In this document: positions 26,534 to 35,325 of the stretch, one piece after another
Position numbering within the stretch: the stretch's first letter is position 1
Layout: every line of letters begins with the position of its first letter
From: Candidatus Latescibacterota bacterium
GTDB lineage: Bacteria; Latescibacterota; UBA2968; UBA8231
NCBI GenBank assembly: GCA_965204725.1
Contig: OZ242005.1
Coordinates: 1,664,001 to 1,728,000, forward strand
DNA: 64,000 nt
Direction: 5' to 3'
Program-made: the position numbers and the translations under genes
Notes under the pieces: generated by a model
Seen by the model: only the letters and a program-made list of their open reading frames with translations
Told to the model about the DNA's origin: nothing
Database searches by the model: none

Positions 26534-29461
26534 CTACACCACGATATTGACGATCTTATTCGGCACCCATATAAACCGCTTTATCGCCGTTTCATCGGCC
26601 ACGTACCGCTGGATGCTCTCCATGGCCAGCACCAAAGATTTTATCTGTTCCTCGCCAGTGTGGACGGGCACTTCAACTTGTCCGCGCATTTTGCCATTGA
26701 CCTGAATGGGCACTACGATCAGGTCCTCGGCGGCCTTTGCTGCATCCCACTGCGGCCAACTCTGACGACTGAGGCCGGCCGGCCCAAAGCCGGCCAACTC
26801 CCATAGTTCCTCGGCAAGATGCGGCGCAAAGGGCGCGAGCAGGAGCAAGAAGGGCTTGGCGACAGCCGGCGGCACCTCGTCTAAGGACACCAATAGATTG
26901 TTTAGCTCGATCAAGGCGGCAATGGCCGTATTAAACCGCAGCCCCTCTATGTCCTCGGTCACCTTTTGGATGGTTTGGTGCAGCTTTCTTTCTAGATCCG
27001 ATTTCAGCGCAGTACTCGTCCCTATTTTTATGCATCGATCCGAATCGACAAAGTTGCGCCAAACGCGCTGCAAAAAACGCTGCATCCCGCGGATGCCTTC
27101 CATGCTCCACGGCGCACTCGCTTCAAGCGGCCCCATGTACATTTCGTACAGCCGCAGGGTATCCACGCCAAATTCCTCGCCGATTTCTTCGGGCGGCAAC
27201 CCGTTTTTATAGCGTTTGCCCATCTTGCCGAAGGACCGATGCAGCCGCTTCCCCGTCCCCTTCTCAACAGGCTCCCCGTCGCAAAACTCGACCTCGCGGA
27301 TGTCGATATACACGCCGCGATCATCCTGAAAAGCATCGGCCGTCATCATGCCTTGGTTGAACAGCTTCTTAAACGGCTCGGGCGTCGATACGTGGCCCAA
27401 GTCGTAGAGGGCCTTGTGCCAAAACCGGGCGTAGAGCAGGTGCAACACGGCGTGTTCCGCCCCGCCGATATAGAGATCAACGGGCATGAAGTAGCCTTCC
27501 TTGGTCGGGTCGCAGAAGGCTTCTTCGTTGTGCGGGTCGATAAAGCGGAGGTAGTACCAGCAAGAACCAGCCCATTGGGGCATGACGTTGAGCTCGCGCT
27601 GGCAGGCCACCCCGTCGATTGCTACCGTCGTCCACTCTGCGCCGGCCCGATGCAGCGGCGGCGAAACGGGTTGGGCGGGATCGTCGGAAGTCTCCGGTCT
27701 GAAATCCGCTAGGTCCGGCAGCACCACCGGAGGCCCGGTCGCGACGGAATATCCATCGGGATGCGTGGCGAGCGGAAAGGGTTCGCCCCAATAGCGCTGC
27801 CGCGCAAAGGTCCAGTCGCGCAGCTTGTAGTGTACCGCCGCTTGGCCGCGCCCTTGGGCTTCGAGGGCGGCGACAATCTGGGCTTTGGCCGCGGCTGATT
27901 CTAAGCCGTTAATGGCGTATGGATTATCGCTATCGCCCGCGGCCGGTACGGACGGCGAATTGATCGCGGTCCCCTCCCCAGCATACCACCCGGTCGGGCC
28001 AGCACTAGCCAGCGCAAGCACGGGGTCGCCTTCCCCGCCGGCAACCACGCGCACAATATCCAAGTTATAAGCGGTGGCAAAGGCAAAGTCGCGCTCGTCG
28101 TGGGCCGGCACGGCCATAATAGCACCCGCGCCGTAGTCCATGCTGACGTAGTCGGCGACAAAAATGGGAATTTTTTGGCCATTGACTGGATTGCGGGCGT
28201 AGATGCCGGAGAAGATCCCGGTTTTTTCCTTGGTCTCATCGGCCGTGGCGACGGCCGCCTGCGCTACGTACTCGGCTACGGCTTGCCGGATGGGCACCCC
28301 TCCCCCGCTCCCCTTCCACTGCTCAGGCGTCCCATCGGGCCAAGCACTCGGAACCAAATAGGCTTCTGTGGCGGGATCGACCAGCGGATGCAGCGGGGCG
28401 ATGGCCATGAAGGTCGCCCCAAAGAGCGTGTCGGGGCGGGTCGTGAACACGGGCAACGGCCCGATGACCGCGTCGCTTTGCGGGTCGAGGACATCAAAGC
28501 ACACTTCCGCCCCTTCGCTGCGGCCGATCCAGTTGCGCTGCATCCGCTTGATGGGCACCGGCCAATCGAGCCGGAAGGGCTCGCCGTTGCGATCCTCCAG
28601 CTCGGCGTCCAAATCCTCTAAGAGCCGCTCGGCGTAAGCTGTTATGCGCATCGTCCACTGCCGCAATGGTTTGCGATACACCGGGAAATCGCCGCGCTCA
28701 CTGCGGCCTTCGTTGGTCACCTCCTCGTTGGCCAACACGGTCCCCAAGCGAGGGCACCAGTTGACGACAGCCTCTTGCTGGTACGCCAATCGGTAGTTGT
28801 TCAGCACCGCTTGCCGTTGGACCGCGGTGAGCGCAGACCAAGCGGCCTCCGAGTTGAGCGTTTGGCGGTCAACGGGCGACAAGGCCCTACCGGCCGCAAA
28901 TTGGGCCTCTAAGTCGGCGAGGGGCTTGGCCCGCCCCTGTATGGAGCGTCCTTGGCCGTCTTGCCAGCACTCGTCTTCGTCGAAATAGCTATTGAAGAGT
29001 TGGGCAAAAATCCACTGGGTCCAGCGGTAGTACGACACCTGCGAGGTGACCACTTCGCGGTCCCAGTCAAACGACAGCCCGAGAAACTGCAACTGGCCGC
29101 GCATGGCCTCGATATTCTGCTCGGTAACGGTCGCGGGATGGATGTTGTGTTCAATGGCGTATTGCTCCGCTGGCAACCCGAAACTGTCGAACCCCATCGG
29201 GTGCAGGACGTTAAAGCCCCGCATCCTTTTGTAGCGGCTGTAGATGTCGCTGGCGATGTACCCTTTGGGATGGCCGATGTGTAGCCCCGCGCCGCTTGGA
29301 TAGGGAAACATATCGAGGATGTAGCACTTGGGTTTGCTACCATCAAACCCAGGATCCCCCGGCCCCAGCGTTTGATAGGTCTGCTCCTGCTCCCAATGGG
29401 ACCGCCATTTGGCTTCGATGGTTTGGAAGTTGTATTGGCTCTTTTTCTCTTTGGTTGACAT
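26534..29461 (-). CDS. leuS: Leucine--tRNA ligase
   Basis: MFPYPSGAGLHIGH, GFDSFGLPAEQYA, TTRPDTLFG, KMGKR; start MSTKEK. Confidence 0.97.
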   Translation of the reverse strand: MSTKEKKSQYNFQTIEAKWRSHWEQEQTYQTLGPGDPGFDGSKPKCYILDMFPYPSGAGLHIGHPKGYIASDIYSRYKRMRGFNVLHPMGFDSFGLPAEQYAIEHNIHPATVTEQNIEAMRGQLQFLGLSFDWDREVVTSQVSYYRWTQWIFAQLFNSYFDEDECWQDGQGRSIQGRAKPLADLEAQFAAGRALSPVDRQTLNSEAAWSALTAVQRQAVLNNYRLAYQQEAVVNWCPRLGTVLANEEVTNEGRSERGDFPVYRKPLRQWTMRITAYAERLLEDLDAELEDRNGEPFRLDWPVPIKRMQRNWIGRSEGAEVCFDVLDPQSDAVIGPLPVFTTRPDTLFGATFMAIAPLHPLVDPATEAYLVPSAWPDGTPEQWKGSGGGVPIRQAVAEYVAQAAVATADETKEKTGIFSGIYARNPVNGQKIPIFVADYVSMDYGAGAIMAVPAHDERDFAFATAYNLDIVRVVAGGEGDPVLALASAGPTGWYAGEGTAINSPSVPAAGDSDNPYAINGLESAAAKAQIVAALEAQGRGQAAVHYKLRDWTFARQRYWGEPFPLATHPDGYSVATGPPVVLPDLADFRPETSDDPAQPVSPPLHRAGAEWTTVAIDGVACQRELNVMPQWAGSCWYYLRFIDPHNEEAFCDPTKEGYFMPVDLYIGGAEHAVLHLLYARFWHKALYDLGHVSTPEPFKKLFNQGMMTADAFQDDRGVYIDIREVEFCDGEPVEKGTGKRLHRSFGKMGKRYKNGLPPEEIGEEFGVDTLRLYEMYMGPLEASAPWSMEGIRGMQRFLQRVWRNFVDSDRCIKIGTSTALKSDLERKLHQTIQKVTEDIEGLRFNTAIAALIELNNLLVSLDEVPPAVAKPFLLLLAPFAPHLAEELWELAGFGPAGLSRQSWPQWDAAKAAEDLIVVPIQVNGKMRGQVEVPVHTGEEQIKSLVLAMESIQRYVADETAIKRFIWVPNKIVNIVV

Positions 29462-29480
29462 AAAAATCCTTATAAGACAC

Positions 29481-30785
29481 TTATGGATAGAGACGCTGCA
29501 TAGTGCGCGGAAAGGGCACGGCCTCGCGCACGTGCTTGAGGCCGCAGACCCAAGCAACCACCCGCTCGATTCCCATGCCAAAGCCCGCATGCGCTACCGA
29601 GCCGTAGCGCCGCAAGTCGAGATACCAGCGAAAGGCTTCGGGGGGCAATTGATGCGTGGCGATTTTGTGCTGCAAGACCGCGAGATCGTCTTCGCGTTGC
29701 CCGCCGCCGATGATTTCCCCGTACCCTTCGGATGCCAACAGGTCCATGCACAGGGCCAAGCGGCGGTCTTGGGCATCTTCCTTCATGTAGAATGCTTTGA
29801 CTGCCCGGGGATAGCGGTGGACGAAAACCGGCGACTCAAACTCGGACGCGAGGACGGTTTCGTCGTCGCCACCCAGATCGCGCCCCCAGACAATGTCGCT
29901 GCCTAGGGCCGTCAACCGCTCGACCGCTTCGTCGTAGGTTATGCGCGGAAAGGGCCGGCGGACCTGCTCCAGCTTGGCGGTGTCGCGGTCGAGCACCTTT
30001 AGCTCTTCGCGGCAGCGGTCGAGCGCCCGGTCGAGCACGTACAAGACCAAGTCCTCGGCCAAGTCCATAGCGGCCGCTAGATCGCAATAGGCCATCTCCG
30101 GCTCAATCATCCAGAACTCGGTTAGGTGCCGGCGGGTCTTGGACTTTTCAGCCCGGAACGTCGGCCCAAAACAATAGACCTTGCCCAAGGCCATGGCGGC
30201 CGCTTCCATATAGAGCTGGCCGCTCTGGGTCAAATAGGCCGTGTCGCCGAAGTACTCGGTCTCAAACAGGGTCGAGGTCCCCTCGCAGGCCGCGGGCGTA
30301 AAAATCGGCGCATCCACTAAAACAAAGCGGTGCTCTGCCATGAAGTCGCGGCAAGCCTGGCAGACTTCGCTGCGGATTGTGAGAATGGCCCGAGGCCGGC
30401 TCGACCGCAGCCACAAGTGGCGGTGATCGAGGAGAAAGGACACCCCGTGTTCCTTGGGCGCGATGGGATAGGGCTCGGCCTCCTGCACGACGTCGAGGTG
30501 GCTCACCCCCATCTCGTAGCCGATGGGCGCCCGGGCCTCCCGCCGCACTTGGCCGCGGACTACGATCGACGATTCTTGGGGCAAGTGAGCGCAGCGCTCG
30601 AATAATTCGGGCGCGACATCGCCCTTAAAAACAACGCATTGCACCACGCCGCTGCCGTCGCGCAACTGAAGGAAGTGCAGTTTGCCGCTCGAGCGCTTGT
30701 TGTACAACCAACCACGCAACTCGACTTCTCGCCCCTCGTAGCGGCCAATGTCAGCCACCTGAATCGACTCCATTTTCTCACCCAT
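29481..30785 (-). CDS. asnS: Asparagine--tRNA ligase
   Basis: [37 protein letters not shown]; alternative start at 30773. Confidence 0.96.
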   Translation of the reverse strand: MGEKMESIQVADIGRYEGREVELRGWLYNKRSSGKLHFLQLRDGSGVVQCVVFKGDVAPELFERCAHLPQESSIVVRGQVRREARAPIGYEMGVSHLDVVQEAEPYPIAPKEHGVSFLLDHRHLWLRSSRPRAILTIRSEVCQACRDFMAEHRFVLVDAPIFTPAACEGTSTLFETEYFGDTAYLTQSGQLYMEAAAMALGKVYCFGPTFRAEKSKTRRHLTEFWMIEPEMAYCDLAAAMDLAEDLVLYVLDRALDRCREELKVLDRDTAKLEQVRRPFPRITYDEAVERLTALGSDIVWGRDLGGDDETVLASEFESPVFVHRYPRAVKAFYMKEDAQDRRLALCMDLLASEGYGEIIGGGQREDDLAVLQHKIATHQLPPEAFRWYLDLRRYGSVAHAGFGMGIERVVAWVCGLKHVREAVPFPRTMQRLYP

Positions 30786-30799
30786 ATCGAAGTCCTAAG

Positions 30800-30852
30800 C
30801 GTCACCCGCGAAAGAACGTCACCCCGTGCCCCGACACGGGGCGGGAATCCAG
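30800..30852. repeat. Nested REP-like palindromes
   Basis: CGTCA-CCCGCGAAAG...GCGGGAATCCAG interrupted by GTCACCCCGTGCCCCGACACGGGG. Confidence 0.65.
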
Positions 30853-30892
30853 TCTTGCAGGATGTAGGATTGCTATAGCGCAACAATATAAT

Positions 30893-30935
30893 AAGAAAAG
30901 GCTATCGAGATAGCCTCCCTCGATAGCCTTCTCTT
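30893..30935 (-). terminator. Terminator downstream of pnp
   Basis: AAGAAAAGGCTATCGAG / CTCGATAGCCTTCTCTT stem. Confidence 0.7.
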
Positions 30936-30955
30936 CCTGTAGCTCAAAACCGGCC

Positions 30956-33025
30956 CTATCTCTTTAACAGGGCCTTGTGGCTGAGCCGCATTTTGCCACC
31001 GGTGTCGATTTCGAGGACCTTGACGGCGATTCGGTCCCCTTGCCCTACGACGTCCTCGACCTTGTCCACCCGCCGATGCGCCAACTCGGAGATGTGCAAC
31101 AGGCCCTCCTTGCCGGGCAAAATCTCGACGAAGGCACCAAAGGGCATGACCCGCTTGACGACTCCGTCGTACTCCTTGCCCACCTCGGCGTCGGCCGTGA
31201 TCCCCTCAATCATGCGCCGCGCCTCTTCGGCCGGGCCGGCTTCAACCGAGGCAATGGTAATCGTGCCGTCTTCGTCCACATTGACCGTGGCCCCGGTTTT
31301 TTCGATCTCGCGGATGGTCTTGCCGCCCGGGCCGATGACCGCGCCGATTTTGCCTTGGTCAATTTTGACGAACTCAATGCGCGGTGCCCAGCGCGAAAGC
31401 TCGGACCGCGCCGCGCCCAAGCATTCGTTCATAACGGCCAAGACCTGCTCGCGCCCCTCTTTGGCGCGGTCGAGGGCCTCCTTGAAGACGTCGAGCGACA
31501 AGCCTTGGATTTTAATATCCATCTGGATCGCGGTAATGCCGTCCTTCGTGCCAGCGACCTTGAGGTCCATGTCGCCGAGAAAATCTTCGGCGTCGCGGAT
31601 GTCGGTCAGCAGCTCGTACTCGTCCCCTTCCTTGACCAAGCCCACGCCCGTACCGCACACCGCGGTTTTGACCGGAATTCCGGCGTCCATCAAGGCGAGG
31701 GAGCAGCCACACACCGTGGCCATCGAGCTGGAGCTGCTCGACTCGGTAATGTCGGATACCAACCGAATCGTGTAGGGAAAGGACTCGACCGCTGGGATGA
31801 CCGGCTCTAAGGCCCGCTCGGCCAGATGGCCATGGCCGATATCCCGCCGCCCCGGCCCGCGCTCAAAGCGCACTTCGCCGACCGAATACGGCGGGAAGTT
31901 GTAATCCAAGTAATAGGACTTAAACCGCTTGCCCTGCAGGTCGTCGGCCATGCGCTCGTCGAGCTTGGTCCCCAGCGTCGCCACGCAGAGCGCTTGCGTC
32001 TGCCCCCGGGTAAAAAGTGCCGAGCCGTGCGTCCGCGGCAGCACCGTGCTCTCGCACGTGACGTCGCGCACCGCGTCGAGCGCCCGGCCATCAATGCGCC
32101 GCTTTTCCTTGAGGATCATGGCGCGCATGTCGGCCTTGAGCAGCGCCTCCAGCTCGTCCTTGATGAGCTTTTCAGCGTCTGGGAACCGCTCGGCCAAGCT
32201 CGCCAAGACCTCGGCGTTAATCGCGTCGATGCGCGCTTGGCGCTCTTCTTTGAGCGGGCTTCTGTTGGCCTCGGCAATCTGCTCGCGCGCCAACTCGGCC
32301 ACGGCTTGGACGAGCGCGGGATCGACTTCCTCGGTTTCGATGACAATTTTCTCTTGGCCGACTTGAGCACCGAGTTGCTCCTGTAGCTCGACCAACTCGA
32401 CGATGCGCTCGTGGCCAAAGGCCAACGCATCGACGAGCACTTGCTCGGCAATCTCGTGGGCCCCTCCTTCGACGCTGACGATGGAATCGGCCGTGCCACA
32501 GACCATGATCTCTAGATCGGAGTCATCGAGCTGGGCCGAGGTCGGATTGGCGACGAACTCGCCGTTGATGCGCCCGACCCGCACGGCTCCTATCGGCCCA
32601 GCAAAGGGAATGTCGGAAATGCTCAGGGCGGCCGAGGCCCCGATTAAACCCAAGACATCGGCGTCGTTTTCGCCGTCGTACGACAGCACCGAGACATAGA
32701 CTTGGATCTCGTAGGGAAACTTCTTGGGAAACAGCGGCCGAATGGGGTGATCGATCAACCGCGCGCTCAAGGTCTCCTTTTCGGAGGGACGCCCTTCGCG
32801 CTTGAAGATGTTGCCCGGTATCTTGCCCCCAGCGTAGGCCTTTTCCCGGTAATCGACGATCAAGGGCAAAAAGCCTCGATCCTCCGGGGTGTTGGTCCGG
32901 CAGGCCGTGACTAGCACTACGGTCTCCCCGTATTGCATCCACACGGCCCCATTGGCTTGCTTGGCGATTCTGCCGGTTTCAATCGACAGACTCCGCCCAC
33001 CTATTTCGCGTTCGAGTTTAGTCAT
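30956..33025 (-). CDS. pnp: Polyribonucleotide nucleotidyltransferase
   Basis: ETGRIAKQA, HGSALFTRGQTQ, GDMDLKVAG, KH and S1 domains. Confidence 0.97.
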   Translation of the reverse strand: MTKLEREIGGRSLSIETGRIAKQANGAVWMQYGETVVLVTACRTNTPEDRGFLPLIVDYREKAYAGGKIPGNIFKREGRPSEKETLSARLIDHPIRPLFPKKFPYEIQVYVSVLSYDGENDADVLGLIGASAALSISDIPFAGPIGAVRVGRINGEFVANPTSAQLDDSDLEIMVCGTADSIVSVEGGAHEIAEQVLVDALAFGHERIVELVELQEQLGAQVGQEKIVIETEEVDPALVQAVAELAREQIAEANRSPLKEERQARIDAINAEVLASLAERFPDAEKLIKDELEALLKADMRAMILKEKRRIDGRALDAVRDVTCESTVLPRTHGSALFTRGQTQALCVATLGTKLDERMADDLQGKRFKSYYLDYNFPPYSVGEVRFERGPGRRDIGHGHLAERALEPVIPAVESFPYTIRLVSDITESSSSSSMATVCGCSLALMDAGIPVKTAVCGTGVGLVKEGDEYELLTDIRDAEDFLGDMDLKVAGTKDGITAIQMDIKIQGLSLDVFKEALDRAKEGREQVLAVMNECLGAARSELSRWAPRIEFVKIDQGKIGAVIGPGGKTIREIEKTGATVNVDEDGTITIASVEAGPAEEARRMIEGITADAEVGKEYDGVVKRVMPFGAFVEILPGKEGLLHISELAHRRVDKVEDVVGQGDRIAVKVLEIDTGGKMRLSHKALLKR

Positions 33026-33112
33026 TAGATATATCTTTTCTTTTGCTCTTCCTTTGAGGTTGTGAAATCTGTGCGGCACCCGCGCCTACGAGCACCGCTA
33101 CGAGCCTACGAG

Positions 33113-33379
33113 CTAACGGCGCAATCCAAGCTCGCGGATCAACGCCGCGTACGCCTGCGGGTTTTTCTTTTGGTAGTAGCTCTGCAATCGCCTCCTTTTG
33201 CCTATGAGTACGAGTAACCCTCGCCGCGTGGCAAAGTCCTTTTGCTGGTCTTTGAGATGTTCGGTCAGGTTCCTAATCCGCTCGGTGAAAATGGCAATCT
33301 GCACCGGGGCGGAACCCGGGCCGCCCTCTTGGCCAAACTGTTCAATCAGTTCCTTCTTGCGTTCGCTTGTTATGGACAC
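33113..33379 (-). CDS. rpsO: 30S ribosomal protein S15
   Basis: GSAPVQIAIFTERI...RRGLL...GKRRRL...LGLRR; GTG start with GGAGG. Confidence 0.95.
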   Translation of the reverse strand: MSITSERKKELIEQFGQEGGPGSAPVQIAIFTERIRNLTEHLKDQQKDFATRRGLLVLIGKRRRLQSYYQKKNPQAYAALIRELGLRR

Positions 33380-33807
33380 CTCCAACCTCCGTATTGCGCG
33401 TCGCGCTTTCCGCCTTCAGGACTGGAGGCGAACAGGGCGCGGGCTTGATGAATGTCTCTGCGGATTTGCCCGACCAACTCATCTGGATGGGCAAAGGCGC
33501 GTTGGTCGCGCAGCTTCTCTACGAGAACGACCTCTAGGGTTTGTCCGTAGAGATCGCCGGCAAAATCGAGTATGTGCAACTCGATGACGAGCGCGTCTTC
33601 GGCGAATGTGGGCCGAGGGCCGATATGAGCCACGGCCGGCAAAACCCCACTTTTCGGGTACTGCACTGCGGCGGCAAATACCCCTTGGGGCAAGGACGCA
33701 TCGGCTGGGGGCCGCAAATTCGCCGTGGGAAACCCCAGTGTTTTGCCCCGTCCTTGGCCCCTGGTGACGCGGCCGGAAAAGCGAACTAAGGTTGGCGCAA
33801 AACGCAC
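33370..33807 (-). CDS. Monofunctional riboflavin kinase (RibF C-terminal domain only)
   Basis: G-GRGKTLGFPTANL, GPRPTF, IELHILDF-GDLYG, LRDQRAF; no adenylyltransferase domain; start uncertain. Confidence 0.88.
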   Translation of the reverse strand: MRFAPTLVRFSGRVTRGQGRGKTLGFPTANLRPPADASLPQGVFAAAVQYPKSGVLPAVAHIGPRPTFAEDALVIELHILDFAGDLYGQTLEVVLVEKLRDQRAFAHPDELVGQIRRDIHQARALFASSPEGGKRDAQYGGWRCP

Positions 33808-34676
33808 AGCGGCCGCAACGCCCCCTGCTCCCACCGGGCGAGGCCAAACAAGGTTTCCGCCGCGTCAAAAACCGCGCAGACCGTGCGCGGCGCGGCCGGG
33901 TACTCAATCGCCCTCCCATGGACGAAATCGGCTAGCTTGCCTTCGTTCAGCTCGACGGCCGCGAGCTCGCTCAGCGCCTGCCGCGGATGGACGAGGGCCT
34001 TTTCAATTTGACCCGCTCGACTCAGGCTGGCGACTTGGTCTAGCGTCAGGGCTTGGTCCAAGCCGAGGCCCCCCGCTCGCCGGCGGCGCAATTCCGCTAA
34101 ATAGGCCCCCGTCCCCAAGACGCGCCCCAGATCTGCGGCCAAGGAGCGAATGTACGTGCCCGCCGAGCAATGGATTTTTACGCCTAGTTTGGGAAAATCG
34201 TAGCCGAGCAATTCTAGGGTGTGGATGTGTACGCGGCGGGGCTTGAGGACGACTTCGTCCCCGCGCCGCGCCCGCTTGTACGAGCGCACCCCGGCCACTT
34301 TTACCGCTGAATGCGGCGGCGGCACTTGGTCTATCGCACCCGTACAGTCGCGCAAGGCTTGGGCCACGCTTTGGGCGTCGGGCGGCCGGCCGTGGGCTTG
34401 GGGGCAAATCGGCCCCTCGGCATCGCCCGTAGCACTGACCGCCCCCAGACAAATCTCGGCCTCGTATTCCTTATCCGCGCCGCTGAGCCAGCGGTTGAGT
34501 CGAGTATAGCGACCCAAACAGACGACTAAGACGCCGCTGGCCAAGGGGTCGAGCGTACCGCAGTGCCCAATGCGCCGCAACAGCAATAGGCGTCGGAGCG
34601 AGGCGATTACGTCGTGGGAAGTGGGGCCTTTGGCTTTGTCGAGGACCAAAACCCCGGTCAAGGCCGGATCAGTCAT
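33786..34676 (-). CDS. truB: tRNA pseudouridine(55) synthase TruB
   Basis: GHCGTLDPLASGVL, QVPP-HSAVK, CSAGTYIRSL. Confidence 0.96.
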   Translation of the reverse strand: MTDPALTGVLVLDKAKGPTSHDVIASLRRLLLLRRIGHCGTLDPLASGVLVVCLGRYTRLNRWLSGADKEYEAEICLGAVSATGDAEGPICPQAHGRPPDAQSVAQALRDCTGAIDQVPPPHSAVKVAGVRSYKRARRGDEVVLKPRRVHIHTLELLGYDFPKLGVKIHCSAGTYIRSLAADLGRVLGTGAYLAELRRRRAGGLGLDQALTLDQVASLSRAGQIEKALVHPRQALSELAAVELNEGKLADFVHGRAIEYPAAPRTVCAVFDAAETLFGLARWEQGALRPLCVLRQP

Positions 34677-35022
34677 GCTGCGCTCCACCGAGACTATCGA
34701 TCAGGGCTGTAACGCGCACGGCGCGCTCGGTGGTATTGTCGTAGGCAACCCGCAACTGGGGTGCATAGCGCAAGCGCGTGCGCTGGGCAATTGCTCGGCG
34801 AATAAAACCCAAGCCCCGGTGCATTCCTTGGAGTATCTGCTTTTTGTCGTCGTCGTCGCCGAGGGTGCTGACAAAAATAGTGGCATGGCTCATGTCGGTG
34901 GAGAGCTCCACATCGACGATTTGCACGAGCTGTAGCCGCGGATCTTTCATCCGCCCTACAATGTCGGTCAGCTCGCGGAGCAACTGCCCGCGCACTCGGC
35001 TAATTCGTTGGGGGGAGGCCAC
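34669..35022 (-). CDS. rbfA: Ribosome-binding factor A
   Basis: KDPRL...VELSTDMSHA...LRYAPQL; conserved position in the operon. Confidence 0.93.
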   Translation of the reverse strand: MASPQRISRVRGQLLRELTDIVGRMKDPRLQLVQIVDVELSTDMSHATIFVSTLGDDDDKKQILQGMHRGLGFIRRAIAQRTRLRYAPQLRVAYDNTTERAVRVTALIDSLGGAQHD

Positions 35023-35028
35023 CTGTGC

Positions 35029-35319
35029 TCAGTGTACTTCCATTTGATAGTCGAGAATATGCACTCGGGGATCGCCTTCGACGAAGTTGACGATTTTGGC
35101 CAACATCTCGTCGCAGTGTTCAACGGCCGAACTCACCACCGCAACCCCCAGCACCGACCGCTGCCACAGCGCGTGGTCATCGACCTCGGCTACGGCCGCG
35201 TTAAAGCGGTTGCGGATGCGCCCCTTGAGGCTGTTGAGGACCTGCCGCTTGTCCTTGAGCGAATGGCTATCGCCGATATAGATTTGCACCGCACAACTCA
35301 TGACGATCAAAACAGGCAA
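35029..35319 (-). CDS. DUF503 (YlxP) family protein
   Basis: SHSLKDKRQV...RFNAAVAEVD..LWQR. Confidence 0.9.
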   Translation of the reverse strand: MPVLIVMSCAVQIYIGDSHSLKDKRQVLNSLKGRIRNRFNAAVAEVDDHALWQRSVLGVAVVSSAVEHCDEMLAKIVNFVEGDPRVHILDYQMEVH

Positions 35320-35325
35320 CAGCCC

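Noticed and set aside
27200-27240. LeuS KMGKR in place of KMSKS; PNPase ESSSSSSMA in place of ESNGSSSMA
   Set aside because: Likely tolerated lineage variants in otherwise intact essential genes
33083-33114. CTACGAGC short repeats after rpsO
   Set aside because: Too short and irregular to support a function
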